Part shown: piece after piece, positions 25,050-36,702 of the stretch
Numbering within the stretch: position 1 is the stretch's first letter
Layout of the letters: every line of letters begins with the position of its first letter
Source of the DNA: Cenococcum geophilum
Lineage: Eukaryota
DNA: 64,000 bases
Direction of reading: 5' to 3'
Assembly: GCA_050273025.1 (NCBI GenBank)
Contig: CP158635.1
Span: forward strand, 2,852,001-2,916,000
Made by a program: the position numbers and the translations under genes
The notes under the pieces: model-generated
What the model was told of the DNA's origin: nothing
The model's database searches: none
What the model saw: only the letters and a program-made list of their open reading frames with translations

Positions 25050-27620
25050 AATATCCGCTTAGCGGATATAAGGTAAACTTACCTAGTATCAGCTAACCCC
25101 GCCTAATATTAGCTAACCTCGCCTAATATTAGCCCGCTGTATACTAATTAGCGTTGCCGTTAATTTCCTATAGTGCTCTTTATATATGTTTACCTCTATT
25201 TAATCGCGCTGACTGCCTCTATAGTACTAATAAAGATGTATCTAACTAGTAGGTTACTAGCGGTAGAGATATATCTAACGGCTAGTATAAGGGTAATAAT
25301 AGAGGAGTAGGAGCTGGAGACCTAAGAGTTGGCGAAGGTATAGGTACATCCTCTTCCTAAGTTATTGGTAAGAGGTCTATAGCTAACTGTTAACTAGCCT
25401 ATAATATATTAGCGCTACGGCGAAGTACTAATTGCCACAGCGCTAATATTTTAAATCTCCTATCTAAAACCTGCGAAGCCCATATAAGAGCTTATAATAA
25501 GCGCTTATCTATAGTAGCGTGCTGCTCTAATGCTTAGGAAAACCGCTCTAACATCTATATAATTAACCTAGAAGGACCTAAGAGTTACCCTATTTCTTCC
25601 TATTTCTGCTTTTATTCCTTATCTACTAAAAGCTTAATAAGGGACGGAAGCTCCTTACTAAGGATATCAGGATCCTACTTAGGCATTACTTACCTTAATA
25701 ATACCGTATCTAGAACCCACCCTATATTATAGAGGCAACAGAGCTGCTTATCCGGTATAATGTAATTAACTATAGGCGTTTATAGTGTATCCTAATACCT
25801 AGCCTCCGCCTATCGCGTAAACTACTTTTATATATTGCTTAATATAGGCTCCTAGCGGGTTTTCGCGATATCCGCACTATAGCTAATGCGGATATCGTAC
25901 TCGTAATCCGTGAATATTGTTAGGTTATAGTTACTATAATATAAGTCTTTACTAACAGTAGACTGTGGGTCTCTATAGTGTATAAGTTATATCTTTCGTA
26001 AGTATACCTAATCCTTATTAACTAGCCGCTATAGGGTGAACGGCAGTTTACTATATAACTGCGCATTAGTTAACCGCTTCTTTAGGCGTAGGGTTGGTAC
26101 GATAAGCTCTTTAGGTAGGCGTACTATAGAACTACTAGGGCTTAACCTATACCCGCTTCTTATATCTACTAACTGCTTAGTACTAACTAACGCTATAAAT
26201 AAAGCATCACCCACAATATCCGCAGTCTCTACGTTTTATTGCCCGCGGATATTATTACGCAGCGCGCTTACGCGAAGATCGCCTATATACTAAGGTTATA
26301 TATGCTTAGAACCACCTAATTTATTATAAGGACCCCGCTAGCGGCTCTTAACTATAAAAATTGCTTCGCCTAAGAGGCCTTCTCCTCAGCCTACCTAGCC
26401 AAACCGCTGTGTTAGTATATTACAGGATTTATAGCGAGGCATTCTATATTAGATTAAATGGTAGATATCTAGGACATCTGCACCGTATGCTACTGCATCT
26501 AATGTAACGAAAATTCGAATTCAAGACATTAGGCGCGCGTATTCGGCGTATAAGCGGTCTTTATTAATATCCGTAAGCGTTATATAGTAGCTCTAAACCG
26601 CTTCTCTAGCAATAGCAGTATTATAGCCACGATAAATTAACTAGCTGCAAATAGTATTACAACAGATAGCTATCCACTCCTTAGAATTAAAGAAAATAAT
26701 CGTCTTTAGAATTAGCTAAAGTTAATTAAACTATTAATGATATGCGGATATTAAGCGGCTTCTTAATTACTCACCCTTTCCTCAGTTACTATTACTAGCA
26801 GTATATAAATACACTAGAGTAGCAGCAATAGTAAAGTAAAGAGCTCGAAAGTTCTTCTTTCTGGCGCGGTTATAACCCTCTGTATAATCTTTAGCTCTGG
26901 CCGATTAATTAGGGTTTTAATAACTTGTATATTAGGTTTAAACCTAGCCAGCTTATATACAGTCTAAAACGTAGAGGGGTCTAGCGTTGCGGTATATGTA
27001 AACTAAGGCTTATTAACCAAGACCGAACATACTTTAAAGAGTTATGCGTACGCTATACGGAAGGTCTCTCCTTAATTAGTAAGCAGATATACTTTATTAA
27101 CCACTATAAGGGCAATATAAGAACGAAACATCGGGTCTATTAGAACCTTATATAGCTTATCACTAACTAAAAGCTCTAGGGAGATAAGGATATGTATATA
27201 GCTGCCCGTGCGGATATCCTCAATTAGCTTAGCGGATATTGTCTTCCCCTATACATAAACAGGTTAAACATAAGGTAGCTTTGTAATCTTTTTTACTTAC
27301 TCTAACCTAATCGCGTTAAGTAGAAGAATAATAATAACAACTGCATTAGGTACGAGACATGGTAGTGCTTATATTATTATACTCTTGCTAAAAGACGTCT
27401 TTGCTATAAGCATAAAATCTCACCGCTTAAATATTAGCACCCTTAGGGCCTTAAGCTGCTCCGTACAACCGCGGTACAGATATATCTCCGCAATAGCTTC
27501 ATCTAGCTTACTTATTTAAAGCTAATAAGAGCTGTTTATAAGCTAGGGTAGCTCCCTCCGTAGGCTATATAGCCGTAGAGACCGCTAGGAATCCATTTCA
27601 ATGTAATCCCTAGCCTATTG
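25050..27620 (-). pseudogene. RecQ-like superfamily II helicase relic
   Basis: LIAKTSFSKS (Walker A, ~27381-27410), VVNKVYLLTN*GETFR (RIPed DEVH, ~27058-27105), YTATL (motif III, ~26982-26997) and QRFG*VG*G (motif VI, ~26385-26411). Ends are approximate. Confidence 0.85.
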
Positions 27621-28187
27621 CGTACTGCTAGCTTGTTAATCTGCTTAACTGGCTTATAGTTTATAACCTCTTTGCCTTATTTGCTTTAATGGAGGTATTA
27701 ATAAATAGCGTTTAAAAGCAGTAGAGGGAGAGTAGAGGGTTAAATATAGTCAGGGAGAACTTAAATACGTTATAATAGATAGATCTTAATAGGTTTTAAT
27801 TATTGGATTATAGATATAATAGATAGAGAGTGGGTGGTTAAGATTAACGCGTTATTAGTGCGGATATTGCTAATTGTTTACTTTAGCAAACCGTGTCACG
27901 GCTATTTTAAAATTAATATTAGGAACGGGAAGGCGGGGAGACTTCTTACGTAGACCATTCGATTCGCCAGAGCTTAGTATATAATTAATGAATTTTTTAA
28001 GCTGCCTAAACTCGTCGTAAGAATAAGAAGTGAATATCCGTAATATTTGCTATGCGGATATCGTGACGTGCGTTACAAACGTCGGCCAAAGTGTCTCAGA
28101 CCTTACAGGGACAGATGGCCTAAACTGGTTTAGTGCCATCGGGCCGGATTTATCCGGCCTCCCTGTGGTCTGAGCATGCTGAGACAA

Positions 28188-29008
28188 GATGTTGTGATCA
28201 AAATGGGTCAGAACATTAGATGGAACTAACGATGTCGTGACCAAAATGGGTCAGAACATTAACGCCAAGCTGGGGAATAGAACTAACAATGTTGTGACCC
28301 AAAATGGACCAGGACATTAACGCAAAAAAAATTTCGGCCTGAGAAATGGAACAAATGATGTTCTGACCAAAATGGGTCAGAACATCAGCGTCTGGAGAGC
28401 TACGAGAGCTGGAAGCGGCTTAGCGCCCAAAGTCAGAGGCAGTCTCGTCAGGGTAATAACGCAATCTCTGGTCACCTGACGCAATAGCACAAACAAACAA
28501 GCTTAATTTATACAATTCGACAGAGTTTATAAGCGATCGCGCTGGACCTATTACAGCACTAGGTTAGTCACTTACGCCGGACATGGCTGGACGACTGGTG
28601 TAGCTGGACGACGGGAGTGGCTGGACGACGTGTGCGGCTGGACGAATAGGGACGAACAAAATGGGACTAGTGCAAAATTCTCGGTTTAGCTCTAATTTTA
28701 GAATGTTCGCGGATTCCCGACTCTAATTTCTGAAATACCGACAGATAATGACCTCATACATTACTGGATCGCACATTCGACGAACATTCCGATATGTAAC
28801 CTCGGTGAGACGTGTCCCCTTAGCTTTACTTAAGCAAACGAGATGATAAAGAGCCAAGATGAAGGCCCTTGCACACACTTAGTGTCTATACACCAATTGG
28901 TTTCTACACTCTCCCTGGTGTTTACACACTTCTTGTTTATGTACGCCACTTGGTTTCTACCTAAGAAATGGAGCTAATAATGTTCTGACCAAAATAAGTC
29001 AGAACATT
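28188..29008. repeat. Five copies of a ~30-bp palindromic repeat GATGTTCTGACC-AAAATG-GGTCAGAACATC
   Basis: Copies start at 28188, 28231, 28288, 28357 and 28979; the copy at 28357-28386 is a perfect 12-bp stem with a 6-nt loop. Confidence 0.9.
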
Positions 29009-32000
29009 AGCGTCTGGAATATGAAGGCGAGGAGAAAGCTTCTGGGAGAGCAGTCCCAGGAGAACGCTCCCTTGAGAAAATTCCAGCAGAAGGCTCCTAT
29101 GTCAATATGGCGGTGAGGAGAATGCTCCAGGAAAATCATAGGAGCCTTTGTAGTAATTGGATTTATACTACGGACATAACTAGAATAGAATAAGTCTACC
29201 ATACTCCGGAAGAACTTAGAAGTAGGCAAGCAAGTTAAAGAAAATAAGCAAGGTCATACTTGGATTTATGCTATGTCGTCTATCCACTCATATCATCCCG
29301 TCGTCCAGCCACTCACGCCGTCTAAGGTCTGTGCAACTGTTTGTCGTTTCCAGAAATAAGGAACCCTATAGCATATTATAAAGAACGAAGCCGAGCAAAG
29401 TGGCATTATAAAGGGCTAAACCGCGCTAAGTCTATTCTTAGAATTATGGGTTCAAATCTGGCTCCCCAACTTTTGTTTCAAAAGGGGATGATTTAGGCCC
29501 CGCGTGCAGTCAACCCATCGACTAAGATTTGGAGGGGCCACGGGTCCAAACTTGGTTCCCATGCTCCCGTTCCTAATGCGCCTATTAGCCAGTGAAATTA
29601 AGCAATGAAAACGCTTTGTATGTACGAAAAGAAGATACAGTGTAAGCGCTGCTAGGGTCTTTCCACCGCTCCGGAAGAGAGACCCCTATCCGGTATAATA
29701 GCGTTTATACTCTGTGCGGATTGGTTATTGATTCCTAAAAGGAGAAGCTTTTGTATAAGGACAGTTGAGGATAAAGAAATTAAGCGCTAACTAGGGTTTA
29801 ATGATTGCTCAAAACGAGAACCCCTGTGTAGTTATAGGAAACTAGAGTTATCTATAGGCGCTAGTATATAAAAAGACGTGCCTATTATTCCTGTAATAAA
29901 TAATACATGCGTTTTATAATATCTCTTTATAATACCTTTATAATATATAGGAGTCCATTCTCTTAAACCGTCTACTTGTATTAAGTATAATATAGCTGCT
30001 ATATAAATATAATAAAGTAATAGTATTTGCAGAATTCTATTATAAGATTAATAAACGGAGCAGATCCTTTAAAGGTTATTATATAGTAGAGAACGTAGGT
30101 ATCTAAGCTGTTTATAGGTAGCGAACTCTATAGGGGTAGCGAAATAATTACTAGAGTAACATTTATTTCTAGTATTAGTAATTTATAGTTTATAAAACTG
30201 TAATAAAATATAGTATATATAATGCAATTAGTAAGTATAAGTGCTAATAGTACTCTTCTATTTAATATTGCTGGTTCGGGCGCCTATAGCTAGGCATATA
30301 ATATTTAACTAAATTTAGTTTAGCGGACCCTAGTTAAGAGCGAAGGAAAACTTTTAATAGCGCCCTAAGGCGGAGGCCGGTTTCGCTAACAACTATAGCT
30401 GTCCCTAAAAGGTATCTAATAAAATAGAAAACTTTTTATTACCTAAATCTCGATAATTTCTAGGATTATATTGCCTTAGAAATTTAAGAGATATTAAAAT
30501 AAGGTACGGTGGTAATATTGTGGTTTTTTTATCTACTGCAACTCGCTTCTAGATAAGAGTCTCCTATATTAAAATATTACCTTTCTATATAAATTCGAAT
30601 ATAAATCGAATATAATCGTATACGTATACTTTCTTAACTCTATTTCTTTACTATAAGCCTAAGCCTTCCTCCTACCGTGTTTGGCAGATCTGCGTCGCCT
30701 TATATTATAGCTAGGTAGAGTATAGCTAGTAAGGGGGGAAAGTAAGTTATAGTAGATAAGAAAACTATAATATCTAATAGGGTACCAAAAACTGTAGTAA
30801 TCCTATACTACTATCTTTTTCTCCTTAACTAGCTCCTTTATGTGGATAGGTTCTTTCTTATAGGCCTATTTTTCCTAAGGGCGGACCTTTTTATTCCGAA
30901 AAGCCATCCGTTTGTTCCCCCCTAGTTATTAAAAGGTTAAGTTTAAAGTTAATAAGCTCCCGTGCTCTTAGTAAGTATATTCTTCTAATAATCTATTTAG
31001 ACTAGTATTAAATCCACTCTAATTCTCTAGTCTAAATCTAATATACTATACCTAAATAGGACTAAGAGTTACCTATATAGGCTAACCCGCCATTTTATAT
31101 CCAATTAGCGCGAGTATAAATTGCTCTATTCTTCTATACTATTAACCCTAAATCTTTTACCAGCCCTCTATACCTATTTAGTAAGCTCTTTAAAGTAAAT
31201 AAAAGTAGTTTTTATTAGTTTATCTTTATATCTATTTTAGTCTCCGTCAAGTATAGAGATCCCTTAGTTACTAAATCACCTCCTAAACTTAAATCTACAA
31301 GATTTAGTTTTATTATTGCTCTAAAATTTTCACTAAGCTAAATTTTAGTATCTTTAACTGTTAAAATAAGTTTTAGCCTTTTTGATCTTGCGAACAAAGT
31401 TTCTAAATATATTAGGGCTGTAAAGATAATAGAGGAATTGCCTAGGTGGAACCTCCGGGTAATTTACTATAGTTTAGATAGAAAAATTATTAAAAAGTTT
31501 ATAATAATCGGCGAGGATAATTTAATCGTAAATATCCTTAAGAATATTAATATTTAAGATGTAGTAGATTATATTATAGAAATAGAGTGACGAAGAGTAG
31601 GATATGTGATGATATTAATTGGAGAAAAAGTACGAAAATAAGTGCTAAAGCGTTTAGTACTAGATAAAAAGGTAAAGATAGTAAGGAGGGTTAAAGACTA
31701 TTAGGAGGAGTTAGAATATTAATAGCCGGATCGGATTTTTAAAGAATACGTTAAGGGAGAGAGATTTTTAGCACATTACCTAAAAACAATAAAGAAATAT
31801 ATAGTATGTAAGGAAGGGTATTTATTAGGGAATTCGGTGCTAATAGTAGATTACTAGAAGTATAGCTTTTATAATAGATGCCGTTAGAAGAATATAGTAT
31901 ACCTAAAGTATAAGGAGGAGGAGGGCAACCGTGGCTTAGAACGGTAGCTTTTATCTACTAATACCTTAGCCCTCTATCTTCTACCGCATACTAATTTTAA

Positions 32001-33355
32001 TCTTTATCTCTTTATATATATAAGAGAGTGTATAGTATAAATAAATAGTATTATTAAAGTAAGCGTATATACAATTTTATAGAATAAATACTATATGTCT
32101 ACTGTTAGGTGCTAGTAAGGGGTTTTATACGCCTTTAAGAGATAATATTTAGTAGATCTCTACTAAATTCTTTATATTTTACTTAACTAGGAAATAAGCT
32201 ATCTATTAGAGTACGTGTTGTTACGTAAATAATAGATTGTATATCTCCTTCTCTCTAACTTTATTTTAGCTGTCTTTTAACCGCCCCCCCCTTTTAGGGT
32301 CCTGCTTAGAGTAGCAATTAGGTAATATATATAGATAAAATGCGCGATTTTGTTAGGAAATAAGTGCACTTATTAAGCAGCGTTATCTAAGTACTCTTTA
32401 GACTAAGGGTAAAGGTAATATAACTGCACTATAGTTACCTAACTCTAGCTATATACCTCTCCCTTTTCTATCTATCTATATACTATTAGTATTCTAATCT
32501 AGAAATAGCAACCAGTGTATATATATATGTCGCTCTATATACTTAATCCAGAATTACTGCTATAAAACCTATAGCTAGATTAACCTATAGCGAAGAGGCG
32601 GAGTATCTAAAGGGTTATATATCTAATTAGGCGTAGGGCTACCGCCGTTAACGTTTTAGGTTACCTACTAACACTTCTTTAACTAGAATTCCAAGTTATA
32701 GTACTTTAAAGTCTGCGACCTAGGACTAGGAAAGACAGTAGTACTAGTAGGAATTATAAAGGTTAGCTTCTAGAGAAAGAGCTTATAGTCTTAAGGGGAT
32801 AGCTAAAAGTGTAGCCTAAAGTGTCTAGGATTAAATTGGATAATAGTTAAACCAAAATTAAAAGGGATAGAAGTTGCCTATCTTTAGCGTGCCTAAAAAG
32901 TAACGAAGCTGTCTACTATATACTTAGTATTACCCTAGCTTAAACTAACCCGCTGGCCTCGCTTCTTCGCAGCTATAAGTTAGCTAAGGTAGTTAAGCTA
33001 GTAAGGCTTCCTACACTAGACTGTTAGAATGCAATTTTATTAAAAATTAAACGTAACTAGAGCTGTTATAAGTTAAGAAGAGAATAAAAGAGATTAGTCT
33101 GGCTTTACGCTTATATTAAATAAGCTATATATAAAGATAGATTGCTCCAGCTTAGATTTCTAAATTTCTTTATTTAATTATTGCTTAAAGGAAAATTATC
33201 TATAACAGTGTTGTTAATATCGCGAGAGTTTAAATATTGTTGGCTAAAATAGTATATAATGCCGCTAACGTTCGGCTTAACCCTAAAGACTCAAAATAAG
33301 GGGAAAACCAGTCCACTCTTGCTATACCTTAAATAACACTCTCTAACTATCGGAA

Positions 33356-34090
33356 ATGTCTATACTTTATCTACCCATCGAATTAATTTTTAAAATAGCG
33401 AAAGACGCGTACGACATTAATGCTCTTGTTATTATAGGCCATTATTTCTACTATATGCTAAATAATGAGCTTTATAAACGCAATAGTAGCTCTATAATAT
33501 ACTAGGCAGCGAAGTTTAGGCGGGCTAGTACCGCTTAGGGGGCCGTTCTATTTATTAACGTTAATAACCTTATTAAGCCCTTACTATTAGCCGCAGAGAA
33601 AGGCCATATAGATATAGTTCGCCTATTACTAGAATAGGGCGCGCCCATTAACGCACTAAGAGAAGGCGAAAGCGTGCTCTCTAAACTTTTATAGAGAGGT
33701 AACGTAGAAATTATTAAACTATTACTTAAGTATGGGGCCGAAGTTAAGCCTATTAATAGACGTATCCCGCTAAACGCAGCCATTTCCTATAGCTAAAAAG
33801 AGATTATATATATATTATGGGGCGCTAGAGCATAACTAGACCGCTTTATATAAGAGGCAGCTATATATAACCCAGTTAAGATCGCCTTTATTTAACTGTT
33901 ACTTAAAGAAGGCGTTATTCTTTATAGAGGGGACTTTAAGCTACCTTGTTTCGGCTCGCAATTTTACTTAAAATAGGAAAAGGTTATTATAAACCTACTA
34001 TGTCGCGAATAAATAAAAAGAGTTAGTAAGTGCTAGGTCGAGCTCGATTTCTAGGCTTTACTTATAGCATGCGCGTAGTTTTAAGATTCG
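33356..34090 (+). pseudogene. RIPed F-box-like / ankyrin-repeat gene
   Basis: MSILYLPIELIFKIAKDAYDINALV...LNNELYKRN (F-box-like N-terminus), then KPLLLAAEKGHIDIVRLLLE*GAPIN, RGNVEIIKLLLKYGAEV and IPLNAAI ankyrin repeats with in-frame TAG stops. The end is approximate. Confidence 0.8.
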
Positions 34091-36702
34091 TATTAATGGT
34101 GTTCTAGAAATTACAACTATAAAGCTAGTAAGTCTTATACGTCGCGGAATAAACTAAAGCTAATAATTATAATTAGTTATAGACTAAATATGCGGAACGT
34201 TAGTGTAACGAAATTCCCTAGAAGGTACATATTAGATAAGATAGAAGGAGGTCTTATCTATATTCCATCTACGTCCTAAAAGACACGGTTAGACAGATAA
34301 GGGGTAAAGGGTTTTACTAGCGTCTTAGAAGGATTATATAGGGAGCTAGTTCTCCTCTAGAGAAGAACTAGCAATTAATCTCTAAATAGAAGAGGTTAGA
34401 AAGCATTTATCCTTTATTTATAAAGATTATTCTACCTTAACTTATCTTTTACTTACCTATAACTCTTATTCTATATTATTAATTAAATAATTATACGTTC
34501 CGGTTAAACTAGCCTCTTATAATTCTAATCGCTTTTAATCCTTTATAAAAGGAACGTATAGCTATTAATTAACGATAATAGGCTATACCTCCTTACCCCC
34601 TAAAACGACGCCCCTACTACAAGAGGCTTAAAGAGTCTCCCTAAAGGAGCGCATTCCCTCTTTCTATAAAGAAGCCACGGCTAGTCTGTCTAACCTTATA
34701 AGACCCTTAAAAACGATTACCACTAGGAAGTTATTAGAGCGGTTGCTACGCGAGACCCTATAAAAAACAAAGGAGTTAGAGATATAATTAAGATAAGCAT
34801 ATTAAGACTACCAAAAACAATTATAAGGACAATTAGGGGAAGTATAGATACCCTAGACACAAAGCGGACTTAAAGGGGTAACACCACACTACGCTATAAT
34901 ATTAGAAAAACCTAAATTCCGTATAAAGGAACCTAATAAGTACCATAGTAATAGTCTCCGGAACTATAATTATTTTATCCATTAATGCAAAACTAAGTTT
35001 TAGCTAGATCTAAAATATTACTCTAATAAATATAATTAGACACTAATTGCTTCTACCTTCCTATATAACACCGTTAAGAGTTTATAGACACGCTATAAGA
35101 AGAAACTTACTATACCCCTTAAATTTAGTAAACTTAAGTCCTGGTTAGTTAATTAGGTCTAAGACCCTACTAATTAAGGGATAGATTATAACTAGCAATA
35201 CTATAACGCTAAATAGCAAAAAGGCTAGAGTATAGTCTAGTTTATAAACTACTTAGAAGAACTAGAAGATAATATACCCTACTCGGACCTATAGGATAAT
35301 ACTATATAACTTCACTAGCTACTTACTAAGTTATAACCTAAGATTTAACAGGCTATATAGGAGAAAGGCGAAATTCCTACCTTTTAAGAAAAGCTTATCT
35401 CTAAAGCTACTTAGATTAAGAATGCTAAAAGAGACTATCTAGGCAAGTAAAAGGAATAAGACGCTAATAATAAAGAGCGTAGAACTAAACCTAGCTTTAA
35501 TAATAGGGGCAGATTCCGACCTAACCACTCTATAGAAGAATAACGTAAGTAGGCTTTAAAGCCCTAGAGTAATACTAGTTAGCCCTAGAATAATAATAGG
35601 CAAAAACTTAATCCAAATAAGTAGAACTAAGAGTCACGCGTTTATTATAACTGCGGTAAAAAGGGCTATATAAAGCGCTTCTACTGGTAAAAGAAATAAG
35701 AATTGGATTAATTGGAAAAAAAAAGAGCCTAGTAGATTTTTACTCCCTTATACTAGGCTAGTAAGAGAAGGAGAGAATAAGCTACCGTATAGTTATTCCT
35801 ATCTCTATTTAAGTTAATAATAAATAGGTAATGTAAGACTGCCTTATAGATAGCGGCATAACTATAGGGTTTATTTCTTAATTACTAGTAAAAGAATTGG
35901 ATTTGGACCTTAGTAGCTTATAGGTACGCACCATTTAAAGTATTAGAAGCTACTAGATTCCATACTATAGGGAATTAGCTTTTTCTATGCCTAGCTAAGA
36001 CCGCGATAGTCTATAGAATACGTAGGAGATACGCTTCTATACTATAGAAATTAAGGGATATAACCTTATTTTAGGATACCTATAGCTTTACTAAGTTAAT
36101 TTAAACATTAATTAGCCTTTAGCCTCGTATTAATATTAGAAGTCTTAACCGCGCATTATAGTTAAAGATTAAAAGACTTTCTTAAACTATATATAAGAAG
36201 AAGGGTGGGTATATACTATGTATGCTACTCTTAACACTAAGAACGGGGATATAGGATATTTATTTTCGGATATCTAGCTATACACAGTTAAGGAACTAGA
36301 GATTCTATAGGAATATATAGACTTAGAGGATGTTTTTAATAAAGAGGCTGTATAAACCTTATCTAACCCTATATTAGTTAAGCATAAGATAAATATAGGG
36401 GATAAACAACCTCATTTTAGGCTACTGTATAACCTATTAAAAAATAAGCTAGTAGTATTACGTTAATATATAGTAGACAATTTTTAGAGAAGATAGATTT
36501 GGCCCTCTATAAGCCTAATAGGGGCACCAATTATATTTATACCCAAGAAGGATAAGACCCTTCGCCTCTATATTAACTATTAGGCGCTAAATAAGATTAC
36601 TATAAAGAATTGCTACCTATTACCTTTAATAGGGGAGTTAATTAATAGACTGTTAGGCGTAAAAATATTTATAAAATTGGATCTAAAAGATATATACCAT
36701 TA

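Larger units (their letters stand above)
21774..28187. mobile_element. AcademH-like DNA transposon (transposase plus RecQ-like helicase), RIP-degenerate
   Basis: Perfect 22-bp TIR TTGTCTCAGCATGCTCAGACCA (21774-21795 / 28166-28187). The 9-bp flanks AATGTCGTG and GATGTTGTG differ only by two transitions. Convergent transposase and helicase relics lie inside. Confidence 0.88.

Noticed and set aside
28188..28386. CRISPR array
   Set aside because: Fungal context, no cas genes, unequal spacers that share a motif, and degenerate repeats. Kept only as an unexplained hairpin array.
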